Below are positions 36,382 through 49,819 of a DNA stretch of 64,000 nt, one piece after another; position 1 is the stretch's first letter; the number at the start of each line of letters is the position of its first letter. Location: NCBI GenBank assembly GCA_038087875.1, contig CM075999.1:3040001-3104000 (forward strand), in the 5' to 3' direction. Position numbers and translations under genes: made by a program. The notes under the pieces were generated by a model. That model saw nothing but the letters and a program-made list of their open reading frames with translations, was not told the DNA's origin and searched no databases. Source of the DNA: Malacoraja senta (taxonomy: Eukaryota).

Positions 36382-37449
36382 TAAGAAACATTTGGACAGG
36401 TACATGAATAGGACAGGTTTAGAGGGATATATGGGCCAAATGCGGGCAGGTGGGACTAGTGTAGCTGGGACATGTTGGGCGGTGTGGGCAAGTTGGGCCA
36501 AAGGGCCTGTTTCCACGCTGTATTAGGGCATTCACATGGGTGTTTCCCTAATCATTTATAGTCTGCCTTCTGCTGTGCTGTTTCACGCCCCCCCCCCCCC
36601 CCCCTCTCAGACAGTCGGGGTTTGGGGGTGGTTCTGCAGAACTGCCCTGGAAAAAATCTCGCAGGGTCCTAATCTTTGACGGCACTGGGCCTGTACTCGC
36701 TGGAGTTTAGAAGGATGAGGGGACACCTCATTGAAACTTACTGAATAGTGAAAGGCCTGGATAGAGTACATAGATACATAGATACATAGAAAATAGGTGC
36801 AGGAGTAGGCCATTCGGCCCTTCGAGCCTGCACCGCCATTCAATATGATCATGGCTGATCATCCAACTCAGTATCCTGTACCTGCCTTCTCTCCATACCC
36901 CCTGATCCCTTTAGCCACAAGGGCCACATCTAACTCCCTCTTAAATATAGCCAATGAACTGGCCTCAACTACCCTCTGTGGCAGAGAGTTCCAGAGATTC
37001 ACCACTCTCTGTGGATGTGGAGAGGATGTTTCCACTAGTGGGAGAGTCTAGGACCAGAGGTCACAGCCTCAGAATTAAAGGACGTTCCTTTAGGAAGGAT
37101 ATGAGGAGGAATTCCTTTAGTCAGAGGGTGGTGAATCTGTGGGATTCATTGCCACAGACGGCTGTGGAGGCCACAAGTCAATGGATATTTTTACGGAAGA
37201 GATCGATAGATTCCTGATTAGTACGGGTGTCAGAGGTTATGGGGAGAAGGCAGGAGAATGGGGTTGAGGGAGTGGAGAGATAGATCAGCCATGATTGAAT
37301 GGTGGAGTAGACTTGATGGGCCGAATGGCCTAATTCTGCTCCTGGAACTTGTGATCATTTGCTGTAGGGATAAAGCCTTGTGTGCATGGATTGGCGAGAG
37401 TTTCTCCAAATGCCAACATGTTAACACTTGTGTGCCTCTTTCCCCCCAG

Positions 37450-37537
37450 GGACACCTACAGTGATCACAGCGGCAGCAGCTCCCCAGACTCTGAGATTAT
37501 TGACCTGAAGCTGCCGACTAACCTAACACACGTGTAA
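37450..37537 (+). CDS. CTPS1: CTP synthase 1, exon 18 (stop)
   Basis: (R)DTYSDHSGSSSPDSEIIDLKLPTNLTHV*, a CTPS1-type Ser-rich tail. Donor GTAAGT at 37544. Confidence 0.95.
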
Positions 37538-37561
37538 TAAGCGGTAAGTTATGTAACTTGG

Positions 37562-37876
37562 GACTGCACGGTGGCGCAGCGGTAGAGTTGCTGCCTTGCA
37601 GCGTCGGAGTCCCGGGTTCAATCCTGACTACGGGCGCTGTCTGTACGGAGTTTGCACGTTCTTCCCGTGACCTACCTGGGTTTACCCCGAGTTCTCCGGT
37701 TTCCTCCCACACTCCAAAGACGTGCAAGTTTGTAGGTTAATTGGCTTGGTGTATGTGTAAATTGGCCCTAGTCTGTGTAGGATGGTGTTAGTGTGCGGGG
37801 ATCGCTGGTCGGCACGGACTCGGTGGGCCGAAGGGCCTGTTTCCGCGCTGTATCTCCTAACTAAGCTCAACTAAAC
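37562..37876 (+). mobile_element. V-SINE (HE1-like)
   Basis: Full consensus. Confidence 0.85.
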
Positions 37877-39025
37877 TTCCCTGCTGCCTTTTACATTGTG
37901 TGATTCAGTGGGACAAAGATGGGACATGTTGGTCGGTGTGGGCAAGTTGGGCCAAAGGGCCTGTTTCCACGCTCTATGGGTCCACCATTTTAGGACTAGC
38001 TCCCTTATTTAAAGAAGGTTGCATCTTCACAATGTGCATGGATTGACGAGAGTTTGTCCAACAAATTAACAGAGTGCAGAATATAGTTCTCAGCATTGTG
38101 GCGCATCAGTTCCAGAGACAAAGTCCAATGTCCGCAATGGGGTAGAGGTGAATCGGACAGTACCCTAACCTATGGAAGGACCGTTCAGAAGCCTGATAAC
38201 AGAGGGGAAGAAGCTGTGAGGGTAGACACAAAGTGCTGGAGTAACTCCGCGGGTCAGGCAACATCTCTGGAGAGAAGGAATGGGTGACGTTTCGTGTCGA
38301 GACCCTTCTTCAGAGGGGAAGAGGCTGTCCCTAACAGAGTGAATGACAGGGTAGGTGAGACAGGTTAAAGGTGAGAGGGGAAAGGTTTCATCGGGGTGGT
38401 GGGAATATGGAACCTGCTTCCAGAGGAGGTCGTTGAGGCGGGCCCAGTCACAACATGTACTAGACATTTGGACGGGTATGTGGGTCGGAAAGGTTTAGAG
38501 GGATATGGGCCAAACACGGGCAAATGGGACTAGCTTAGATGGGCCAATAGACAATAGGTGCAGGAGTAGGCCATTCGACCCTTCGAGCCAGCACCGCCAT
38601 TCAATGTGATCATGGCTGATCATCCCCAATCAGTACCCCGTTCCGGCCTTCTCCCCATATCCCCTGACTCCGCTATCTTTAAGAGCCCTATCCAGCTTTC
38701 CCTTGAAAGTATCCAGAGAACCTGCCTCCACCGCCGTCTGAGGCAGAGAATTCCACAGACTCACAACTCTCTGAAGGTCATCATAGCATGGATGAGTTGG
38801 GCCGAAGGGCTTGTTTCCGTGCTGTGAGACCTAATGACTATTCCAGAGACACTCAAATTCCGTCATTCGTAACTGTCACTGTATGTCATGTTGTTACTTG
38901 TGGGCGGAGCACCAAGGCAAATTCCTTGTATGTGAATACTTGGCCAATAAACTTACTCCTGATGCCTAATCTAGCGACTGCCTCCTAATCCTAGCGTTAA
39001 ATATCTATATTTGTTTCCCACGCAG

Positions 39026-39810
39026 GTATTGATTATTTGATCAGAACTCGAACACCTGACGCCTCGCCTGCAACATCTGTTTATTTTTGCAGTATTAACA
39101 TGATGGTCTATTGGCTTCATATTGTTGGGGGGGGGGGGTATCTGTGCGCATATATGTGTGTGTGTGTGTGTGTGTGTTTTCCTTTGGCTCATTGTAGAGG
39201 TCAAATCTTTTTTAACGAATGCATCTATAGGCTGCATCTATTATTAGTTCAGCCTTTTCTACTGCTGTACAGCGTTAGAAACATGGACCGAGGACTAGGA
39301 GTTGGAAGAGACCGCTGACTAAAATATTACAGTTTAAGAAGGAACTGCTGGATGCTGGAAAAATCGAAGGTAGACAAAATTGCTGGAGAAACTCAGCGGG
39401 TGAGGCAGCATCTATGGAGCGAAGGGATAGGTCTCGGGACGAGACTTCTTCTTCAAAATATTCCAGCTCCTCGTTAAATTGTTCAAACTCGTCAGTTTTA
39501 CTCAGCACTACCTCGGAGGGGATAAAAGCATCTATGTAACGCAATGCTCTGTATTACTTCAGCTGCTTGACCTGTCTCAGGTCCTCTCTCGTCTCCGCGT
39601 GACTGGGGTGAAAGCGGGAAAGCCATGGTATTGTTCTGTTCGACTCGTGCCAAAAAACACTTGGTGTAAACCTACGGGTCAGCCGGTGAAACACTTGGTG
39701 TAAACCTACGGGTCAGCCGATGAAAAGCTCATTTATATTTTACATATGGGGTGAAAATATTTGATTTTTGTCTACAAAATGCAAGTAAAGGCCGATTGCT
39801 CAAAGGAGAC
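39026..39810 (+). other. CTPS1: CTPS1 terminal 3'-UTR exon (3' end tentative)
   Basis: Acceptor tttgtttcccacgcag|. Possible variant poly(A) signal AGTAAA at 39784, followed by a GU/U-rich tract. Confidence 0.5.
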
Positions 39811-40350
39811 TTTGGTGCACTTCCAGAGCTAGTGGTGTGTGTGTGTTTTTTTAAAAATCTGTGTTTCTATTCCATGGAAGAGCCATGGAACGTTGAACAA
39901 GAGTAAGGACACGGGAAGGGTGTGTAGGAAGGAACCGCAGGTGCTGGTTGAAACCGAAGATGGACACAAAGTGCTGGAGTAACTCAGCGGGTCAGGCAGC
40001 ATCACCGGAGAGAAGGAACGGGTGATGTTTCAGATCCAGTCCCTTCAGACTGAGAGTCGGGGGAGAGGTAAACGAGAGATATCGACGGTCTTATAGAGAG
40101 AGAGAGATCTCCGACCTACGATCTATGTCTCTTGTTTCCCTCCGTGTTAGTGGTGCGGGGATCGCTGGTCAGCGCCGACTCGGTGGGCCTGTTTCCACGC
40201 TGTATCTCTAAACCAAACTAAAAACTAGCGTGGACAGGAGAGGGATAGTGAGCATGGACTGGGTGGGCCGAATGGCCTGTTTCCGGGCCACATCTGGCAA
40301 TGAATGGATTGTCCGAGCCTGACTGAGAATTTCAGGACTGCGTGAGAGCT

Positions 40351-40356
40351 TTTATT
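40351..40356 (-). terminator. Likely SLFNL1 poly(A) signal AATAAA
   Basis: TTTATT on the + strand, about 80 nt past the SLFNL1 stop. Confidence 0.55.
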
Positions 40357-40434
40357 AATGCACTGTTGTCGAGCTGCTAAGTTGTTTTCCCAGCCGGGAC
40401 CCCAGTAGCCAGCCTCCCGTGGGCCGGCCTGGGG

Positions 40435-40620
40435 TCAGATGACGCAGCAGAGGTTGGACATGGCTGCACGCTCGGAGTGCACTGACTGCAGCTCGTGCTG
40501 CAGATGCTGCAGTTCCTGGATGGACTGCTGCTGCTGCCGCAGCTCCTGCTGTAGGTGATGCTCCTCCTTAACCAAGGTGTCGATCGTATCCTGGAGCTTC
40601 TTGATCTCTGCTGTCCATTT
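40435..40620 (-). CDS. SLFNL1: Schlafen-like protein 1, last coding exon (coiled coil + CCVI)
   Basis: ctcctcag|KWTAEIKKLQDTIDTLVKEEHHLQQELRQQQQSIQELQHLQHELQSVHSERAAMSNLCCVI*. Phase 0 matches the upstream exon. Confidence 0.88.
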   Translation of the reverse strand, partial: KWTAEIKKLQDTIDTLVKEEHHLQQELRQQQQSIQELQHLQHELQSVHSERAAMSNLCCVI

Positions 40621-42437
40621 CTGAGGAGAGAGATTAGATTAGATTTTATTACTTGTCATTTGAACCTCAGAGAGGCTCAAACGAAACTCCGTTTCCACAG
40701 CCATACAAACAAAACAATTCCTACACGACACACAAACAATTCAATTTACAGAAAAACATCCATCACAGAGAATTTACTCCTCACTGTGATGGAAGGCAAA
40801 GTCTTTTCTCTCCCCTGCACCATTTTTCTCCCGATGTTGAAGGGCAATGGTAAGTCCCACGGCCGTTGAGGCCGCGCCGGGCGGTGTACGGCCTCGCTCC
40901 GGGCCCACAGAGGGAGAGAGAGAGAGAGCAAATGAGCGTGCAGTGAATATGGGGTGGGGGGAGACACAATGAGGCCTGACATCTAGGATGGGGGCTGGCA
41001 ACCAACGGCCCAGGGGCCGGATCCGGCCCGCAACCCAAAATCATCCGGCCCAAAGACGTCTTTTTTTTTTTTCAATTAGTTTTCGCGACCTGGGAACTGC
41101 AGCCAGACAATAGGTGCAGGAGTAGGCCATTCGGCCCTTCGAGCCAGCACCGCCATTCATTGTGATCATAGCTGATCATCCCCAATCTACCCCGTTCCTG
41201 CCTTCTCCCCATATCCCCTATCTTTAAGAGCCCTATCTAGCTCTCTTTTCAAAGTATCCAGAGAACCTGGCTCCACCACCCTCTGAGGCAGAGAATTCCA
41301 CACAAAGGGTCTCTGGTGTGTATCCTTAGTCTCGTGTAGTTTAGTCTAGGTTACTGTAGTTTAATTTAGAGTAGTTTAGTGTAGCATAGCTTAGTCTAGT
41401 TTAGTCTTGTGTCATGTAGTTTGGACTAGTTTAGTTTTGACTAGTGTACTTTACTGTAGGATAGAGTAGTTTGGCGTAGTTTAGTACAGTGAAGACAGAC
41501 ACAAAATGCTGGAGTAACTCATCAGGGCAGGCAGCATCTCTGGATGGAATGGGTGATGTTTCAGACAGTCTGAAGGAGGGTTTTGACCTGAAACATCACC
41601 CATTCCACCTCTCCGGAGATGCTGCCTGTCCCGCTGAGTTACTCCATCATTTTGTGTCTATGGTGTAAACCAGCATCTGCAGTTCCTTCCTACACTTTAG
41701 TGAATTGCAGTGTAGTTCAGTAAAACAGCATGGAAACAGGCCCTTTCGCCCACTGAAGAGACACAAAAGGCGGGAGTAACTCAGCGGGACAGGCAGCATC
41801 TCTGGAGAGAAGGAATGGGTGACGAAGGGTCTCGTCCTGAAACATCACCCATTCCTTCTCTCCAGAGATGCTACCGGCCCCGCTTCTTCTGTCGTATGTC
41901 TTTTAGACTTGCAGCTCCGTTGAGGCGAGCCAGGCCAACGTGTCTGCCGGCCCTGCTGAGTTACTCCAGTATGTTGTGTCTTTCTTCGGTTCCTTCGTAC
42001 AGTAAAACTAGACAGCGACTAGGTGGGGGATGCACGAAGAGAACATAGAAAATAGGTGCAGGAGGAGGCCATTCGGCCCTATGAGCCTGCACCGCCATTC
42101 ATTGTGATCATGGCTGATCATCACAATCAGTAACCCGTGTCTGCCTTCTCCCCATATCCCTTGATTCTGCTAGCCCCCAGAGCTAAATCTAACTTCTGAA
42201 TACATCCATTGAATTGGCCTCCACTGCCCTCTGTGGCAGAGACTTCCACAGATTCACAACTCTCTGGGTGAAAATGTTTCTTCTCATCTCAGTTTTAAAT
42301 GGCCTCCCCCTCCCCTTTACTCTTAGACTGTGGCCCCTGGTTCTGGACTCCCCCAACATTGGGAACATTGTTCCTGAGAGAGAGGAAGAGGATGCAAAGG
42401 GTTACTTGAAGTTAGTGAAATCAAGTCATGTCGCTTG

Positions 42438-42850
42438 TAGACACAAAATGCTGGAGTAACTCAGCGGGACAGGCAGCATCTCTGGAGGGAAGGAATGGGC
42501 GACGTTTCGCGTCGAGACCCTTCTTCAGACTGATGTCAGGGGAGGGGGCGGGACAGATAGAACGTAGTCGGAGACAGTAAGACTGGTGGGAGAACTGGGA
42601 TGGGGGAGGGGGATGGAGAGAGAAAGCAAGGGCTATCTGAAGTTAGAGAAGTCAATGTTCATACCACTGGGGTGTAAACTACCCAAGCGAAATATGAGGG
42701 GCTGTTCCTCCAATTTGTGCTGGGCCTCACTCTGACAATGGAGGAGGCCCAGGACAGAAAGGTCAGATTGGGAATGGGAGGGGGAGTTGAAGTGCTGAGC
42801 CACCGGGAGATCAGGTAGGTTAAGACGGACTGAGCGGAGGTGGGTTGCAC
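42438..42850 (-). mobile_element. Penelope-like element 3' end (GIY-YIG C-terminus + hammerhead-bearing pLTR)
   Basis: HLRSVR..PVAQHFNSPSHSQSDLSVLGL..KLEEQPLIFRLGSLHPSGMNIDF*, then CTGAAGAAGGGTCTCGACGCGAAACGTC. Confidence 0.75.
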
Positions 42851-42872
42851 GCTGGCCATGTGACGTACAATA

Positions 42873-44604
<1,732 letters not shown>

Positions 44605-46388
44605 CTGACCCGCTGAGTTACTCCAGCACTTTTCGTCTATCTTTCGTATAAATCAGCATCTGCAGTTCATCTTTATTATATTTAGTTTTTTGTGTAGTTT
44701 AGAGATACAGCACGGAAACAGGCCCTTCGGCCCATTGAGACCACGCCGACCAGCGATCACCCCGTACACTAGTTCTATCCCACACACTCGGGACAATTTA
44801 CACAAGCCAATTAACCTACAAACCCGCACGTCTTTGGAGTGTGGCAGGAAACCGGAGCACCCGGAGAAAACCCACGCGGTTCACAGGGAGAACGTGCAAA
44901 CTCCACACAGACAGCACCCGTAGTCAGGATCGAACCTTAAATCTATTGTATACATTTCTATCAGGCCTGCCCCCAACCTCCGACACTGCCGAGAAATCAA
45001 CGCCCGTTTGTCCAACCTCCTTAGAGGTAAAACCCTGTAATCCAGGCAGACAATAGACAATAGGTGCAGGAGTAGGCCATTCGGCCCTTCGAGCCATTCA
45101 ATGTGATCACGGCTGATCATCCACAATCAGTACCCCGTTCCTGCCTTCTCCCCATATCCCCTGACTCCGCTATTTTTAAGAGCCCCATCAAGCTCTCTCT
45201 TGAAAGCATCCAGAGAATCTGCCTCCACCGCCCTCTGAGGCAGAGAATTCCACAGACTCACCACTCTCTGTGTATAAATCTCAGATTTACCAGCAATCTG
45301 GTAAACTATAAGCTAGGGTACTGTCTGATTCACCTCTACCCCATTGTGGACATTGGACTTTGTCTGTGGAACTGATGCGCTACAATGCTGAGAACTGTAT
45401 TCTGCACTCTGTATCTTCCCCTTTGCTCCACCTGTTGTACTGGAGTTTAGCACGATTGTATTTCAGATCTGAAAGGATAGCATGCAGAACAAAGTGATTC
45501 ACTGTTCCTCGTTTACACGTGACAATAACAAACCTGACCCCCTCCAAAGCCTCCACGTCCTCCATTAGCTTTTGCATTGATATCTAAAAGTGTTGTTTAA
45601 ACATGGGAGGGCAGCACGGTGACACAGCGGTAGAGTCACTGACTCACAGCGCCACAGACCCGCGTTCGATCCCGACTACGGGCGCTGTCTGTACGGAGTT
45701 TGCACGTTGTCCCCGTGACCGCGTGGGTTTCCTCTGGGTGCTCCGGTTTCCTCCCACACTCCAAAGACGTGCAGGATTGTAGGTTAATTGGCTTGGTGAA
45801 ATTGGACTAGGTCGGGGGGGGGGGGGAGTTCCACCCCCCCCGCTACAGGTACCATGTAATCCCGCGCTACCTGCTCCATGGTCGGATAGTCGGCGACTAA
45901 ACCGTCTCCCCCACCTGGTTTGCCAGGTGAGGAGGGGGCTGTGGACCCCCAGCAGGACCAAAAACAAGACCTGTCAAAGGGTGGATGAGCTCCGAGCGAG
46001 CCAACGGCCATCCACACTTCAGTACAAGTTGCGATCACTGTCGTACATAGAATTGTGAGCAAATGCCCGTCGGAAACCAGCACCACTGCCTCACTAATAG
46101 TTTCAACGATAATAGTCATAAAAATTGTAAATTGTCCTTAGTGTGTGTGTGTGTGAAGGATGGTGTTAGTGTGCGGGGATCGCTGGGCGGTGTGGGCCGA
46201 AGGGCCTGTTTCCGTGCTGTATCTCTAAACTCAACTCAACTATGCCCTCTAGCCTCAAGAAGCTGTCGATCTCAGCTTTCAAGGTACCCAATGACTTGTC
46301 CTCCACAGCCGTCTGTGTGTACTCCACACTCCACAACTCCCGATGTAACAAATGCCAAGGGAAAAGAAGAGCGCGATATGTTCTTTAC

Positions 46389-46724
46389 CTTTTCGGGGCT
46401 GGATTCTGCAAAGTCCCGAATGTCCTTGGCGACTTTCAATGTTTTCCCTTTGACCACTAACGCCTTCATATCGCTCTGCTCCAAAATACCAGGGTCGAGC
46501 AGTTGCTTGAGGACGTTAGGAACCTCGCTGTCAGTTTTCAGCCGGATAAACGCGTGCGCTCGCTTGTGTTTCTTGAAGACCTCGATGTCATGCCGTTGGA
46601 GAGTAACGTCAATGGTGGCGAGTAAATCCTTCAGCTTGTAGCTCAGCAGCTCCTTGGAGTAATCTGGGTTTAAGTTTCCCACAAACAGCGACAAGCAAGG
46701 AGCCTTAACAGCCTCATCTTCCAT
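46389..46724 (-). CDS. SLFNL1: Schlafen-like protein 1, first coding exon (RRM-like)
   Basis: Strong start context gccATGG. MEDEAVKAPCLSLFVGNLNPDYS...AHAFIRL (RNP2/RNP1-like). Donor AAG|gtaaag after 112 codons; exon acceptor at 46881. Confidence 0.85.
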
Positions 46725-47815
46725 GGCCTCACCAAAAAAGCATCTTCTGGACTTGGTGGAGGTTGGAGTAAACCTTCACATCTTCGGTGTCGTGTGCGAT
46801 GCCTCCATTGTCCCACAAGATAGGACGGTCGATTTACCTTGTTGAGACTTATCCCCCAGTTAAGGGTAGAAATCCTCTTTCTGCAAGAGAAGAGGCAGAA
46901 TTCACACTCCAAATACGTACAGGTTTGTAGGTTAATTGGCTTGGTAAAATTGTAAATTGTCCCTAGCTCATGAATAGTAGTAGAATTAAGCCATTCGGCC
47001 CATCAAGTCTACTCTGCCATTCAATCATGGCTGATCTATCTCTCCCTCCTAACCCCATTCTCCTGCCTTCTCCCCATAACCTCTGACACCCGCACTAATC
47101 AAGAATCTATCTATCTCTGCCTTACAAATATCCATTGACTTGGCCTCCACAGCCTACTGTCTATCTATCTCTGCCTTACAAATATCCACTGGCGGCCCCC
47201 ACAGGCTACTGTGGCAAAGACCAGCAACTACGTAGGTAAGGAACTGCAGATGCTGCGGTTACTCCAAATAGTGTTGGAGTAACGCAGTGGCTCAGGCAGC
47301 ATCTCCGGAGAACATGGCCAGGCAACGTGGTAGAAACAATGAACTGCCGGATGCTTAGTTTAGTTTGGAGCTGCAGCAGGGAATTCGGCCCATCGGCCCA
47401 CCGGCCTACCGAGCCCGCGTCGACCAGCGATCACCCCACACACTAGCACAATCGTACACACACCAGAGACAATTTACAAACCTGGACGTCTTTTGGAGTG
47501 TGGCGGAAAACCGGAGCACCCGGAGAAAACCCACGCGGGTCACGGGGAGAATGTACAAACTCCGTACAGACGGCACCCGTGGGTCAGGATTGAACCCGGG
47601 TCTCTGGCGGCTGTAGGCAGCAGCTCTACCCGCTGCGCCTCCATAGTTAATTAACAACTTCTCTTTTGAGAAGCAAGGAGAGGGAAGAATTACATTTCCT
47701 GTCTTCACTGCTCACATTAAATGTACGGCAGTGATCGCAACTTCTACTGGTGTGATGGCTGTTGGCTCGCTAGAAACTGCCCCATAATGTGGTTTTCAGA
47801 AACCTACATTAATTT

Positions 47816-47852
47816 AGTCTGAAGAAGGGTCTCTCGACTCGAAACGTCACCC
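47816..47852 (+). ncRNA. Minimal hammerhead ribozyme core (PLE pLTR)
   Basis: CUGAAGA-A-GGGUC(UCUC)GACUC-GAAA-C-GUC-ACC. Confidence 0.4.
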
Positions 47853-49819
47853 ATTCCTTCTCTCCAGAGATGCTGCCTGTCCCGCTGAGTTACTCCAGCT
47901 TTGTGTCTATCTAGTTTAGTTTAGTACAGAAGTGGAGTTGAAAAGTTATTGATTGCGGGCTATCTAGTCTATCCAGAGGAGGTAGTTGAGATGTTTCAGA
48001 AACAGCACCTGTGTCGGGATCGAACCCGGGTCTCTGCTGTGAGGCAGCAACTCTCCCTCTGCACCAGTTGTTCCTCCAGCACTTTGTCTCTATCTTCGGT
48101 TTAAACCGGCATCTGCAGTTCCTTCCTAATACATGATGGACGGTTTGGAGGGATATGGACCAAGCGGCAGGCAGGTGGGACTAGTGTAGCTGGGACATGT
48201 TGGCCGGTGTGGGCCAAGTTGGGCCGAAGGGCCTGTTTCCACCCTGTGTGACTCTATGACTAACTTGGAGTCATTAACAATTGCCAATGAACCTACTAAT
48301 TGGTTGCCATGTCACTACTTTACAACCTGTGACATCATTGGCAGCTTTGGGCATTCTGAGGTCACAAGTTGTGGAATTCCATCCCCAGGGTCACCTCCCT
48401 CAGCGACCCTCGTCACCACACTGTTCTTGCTGAAGCTTTGAGGCATCTCAGTACCAAAGCACAAGAGTCATTAATTACTATGGAATATTATACTCAGAAT
48501 TAATGGACGTTCTTTTAGGAAGGAGGTGAGGAGAAATTTCTTTATTCAGAGGGTGGTGAATCTGTGGAATTCTTTGCCACAGACGGCTGTGGAGGCCAAG
48601 TCAGTGGATATATTTAAGGCAGAGATAGATAGATAGATTCTTGATTAGTACGGGTGTCAGCGGTTACGGGAAGAAGCAGGAGGGAGAGGTAGATCAGCCA
48701 TGATTGAATGGCGGAGTAGACATAAGGGGCCGAATGGGCCTAATTCAACTCTATCCCTTATTAATCAAAACATCACACATCTTTGGGCGGTTCGGGTAGC
48801 GCAGCGGTAGAGTTGCTGCCTCACAGCGCCAGAGACACGGGTTCGATCCTGACTACAGGGTCCTGTCTGTATGGAGGGTTTGCACGTTCTCCCTGTGACC
48901 CGCGTAGGTTTTCTCCGGGTGCTCCGGTTTCCTCCCACACTCTAAAGATGTGCAGGTTTGTAGGTTAGTTGGATTGATAAAATTGTAAATTGTCCCTAGT
49001 GTGTGTAGGATTGTGTAAGTGTATGGGGATCGCTGGTAGGCATGGATTTGGTGGGCCGAAAGGCCTGTTTCTATGCTGCATCTCTAAACCGAACATTATT
49101 TAAGCTGCGACTTTCAAAGCAGTGAACAGATAAAAGAAAGAAAAAGGTAAGTAAATCATTTTCCAAACTTCGACTGAATTAATAATCAATGAATGACAGA
49201 CACAAAGTGCTGGAGTAACTCAACGGTCAGGCAGCATCTTTGGGGGAAAGGAATAGGTGACATTTTGGGTCGGAACCCTTCTTCAGACTGTCCCAAGCCA
49301 AGATGTCACCCATCCTTTTTCTCCAGAGATGCAGCCAGACCCCGAGTTACTCCAGCAAGGTAATTATCTCTCGAGTGGAACTGCAGATGCTGGTATAAAT
49401 CGAAGAAAGACACAAAATGCTGAGTAACTCAGCGGGACAGGCTTCTCTCCACAGATGCTGCCTGTCCCGCTGAGTTACTCCGGCATTAATCTCGTTGGTG
49501 TCAGTCTCCATCTCAAATAGACTCAAATAGAGAATGCTATTAGACAGTGTGTGAGGCAGAGGCAGAGAAGGAAAGCACTCAGACCCAACATGTAGGGGGG
49601 AAAGAAGAAAACAATAATAAACAGAGAATAAGAGGTGGTGGGGTTCTTAAATGGGTGAGCAAGAAACAGAGGGGTGTAAAATGCGGGCGGAAGCAATAGG
49701 TAGCAAGGTGAAAATAAAAGTGGCAGGCAGACAAATCCAGGGCAAAAAGCCAAAAAGGCCCACTTTTCAACATAATTGTATAAGGGGTAAGAGCGTTGTA
49801 AAAAACAAGCCCGAATGCT

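Noticed and set aside
11242..37537. CTPS2 identity
   Set aside because: The SGSSSPDSE tail and adjacency to SLFNL1 fit CTPS1.
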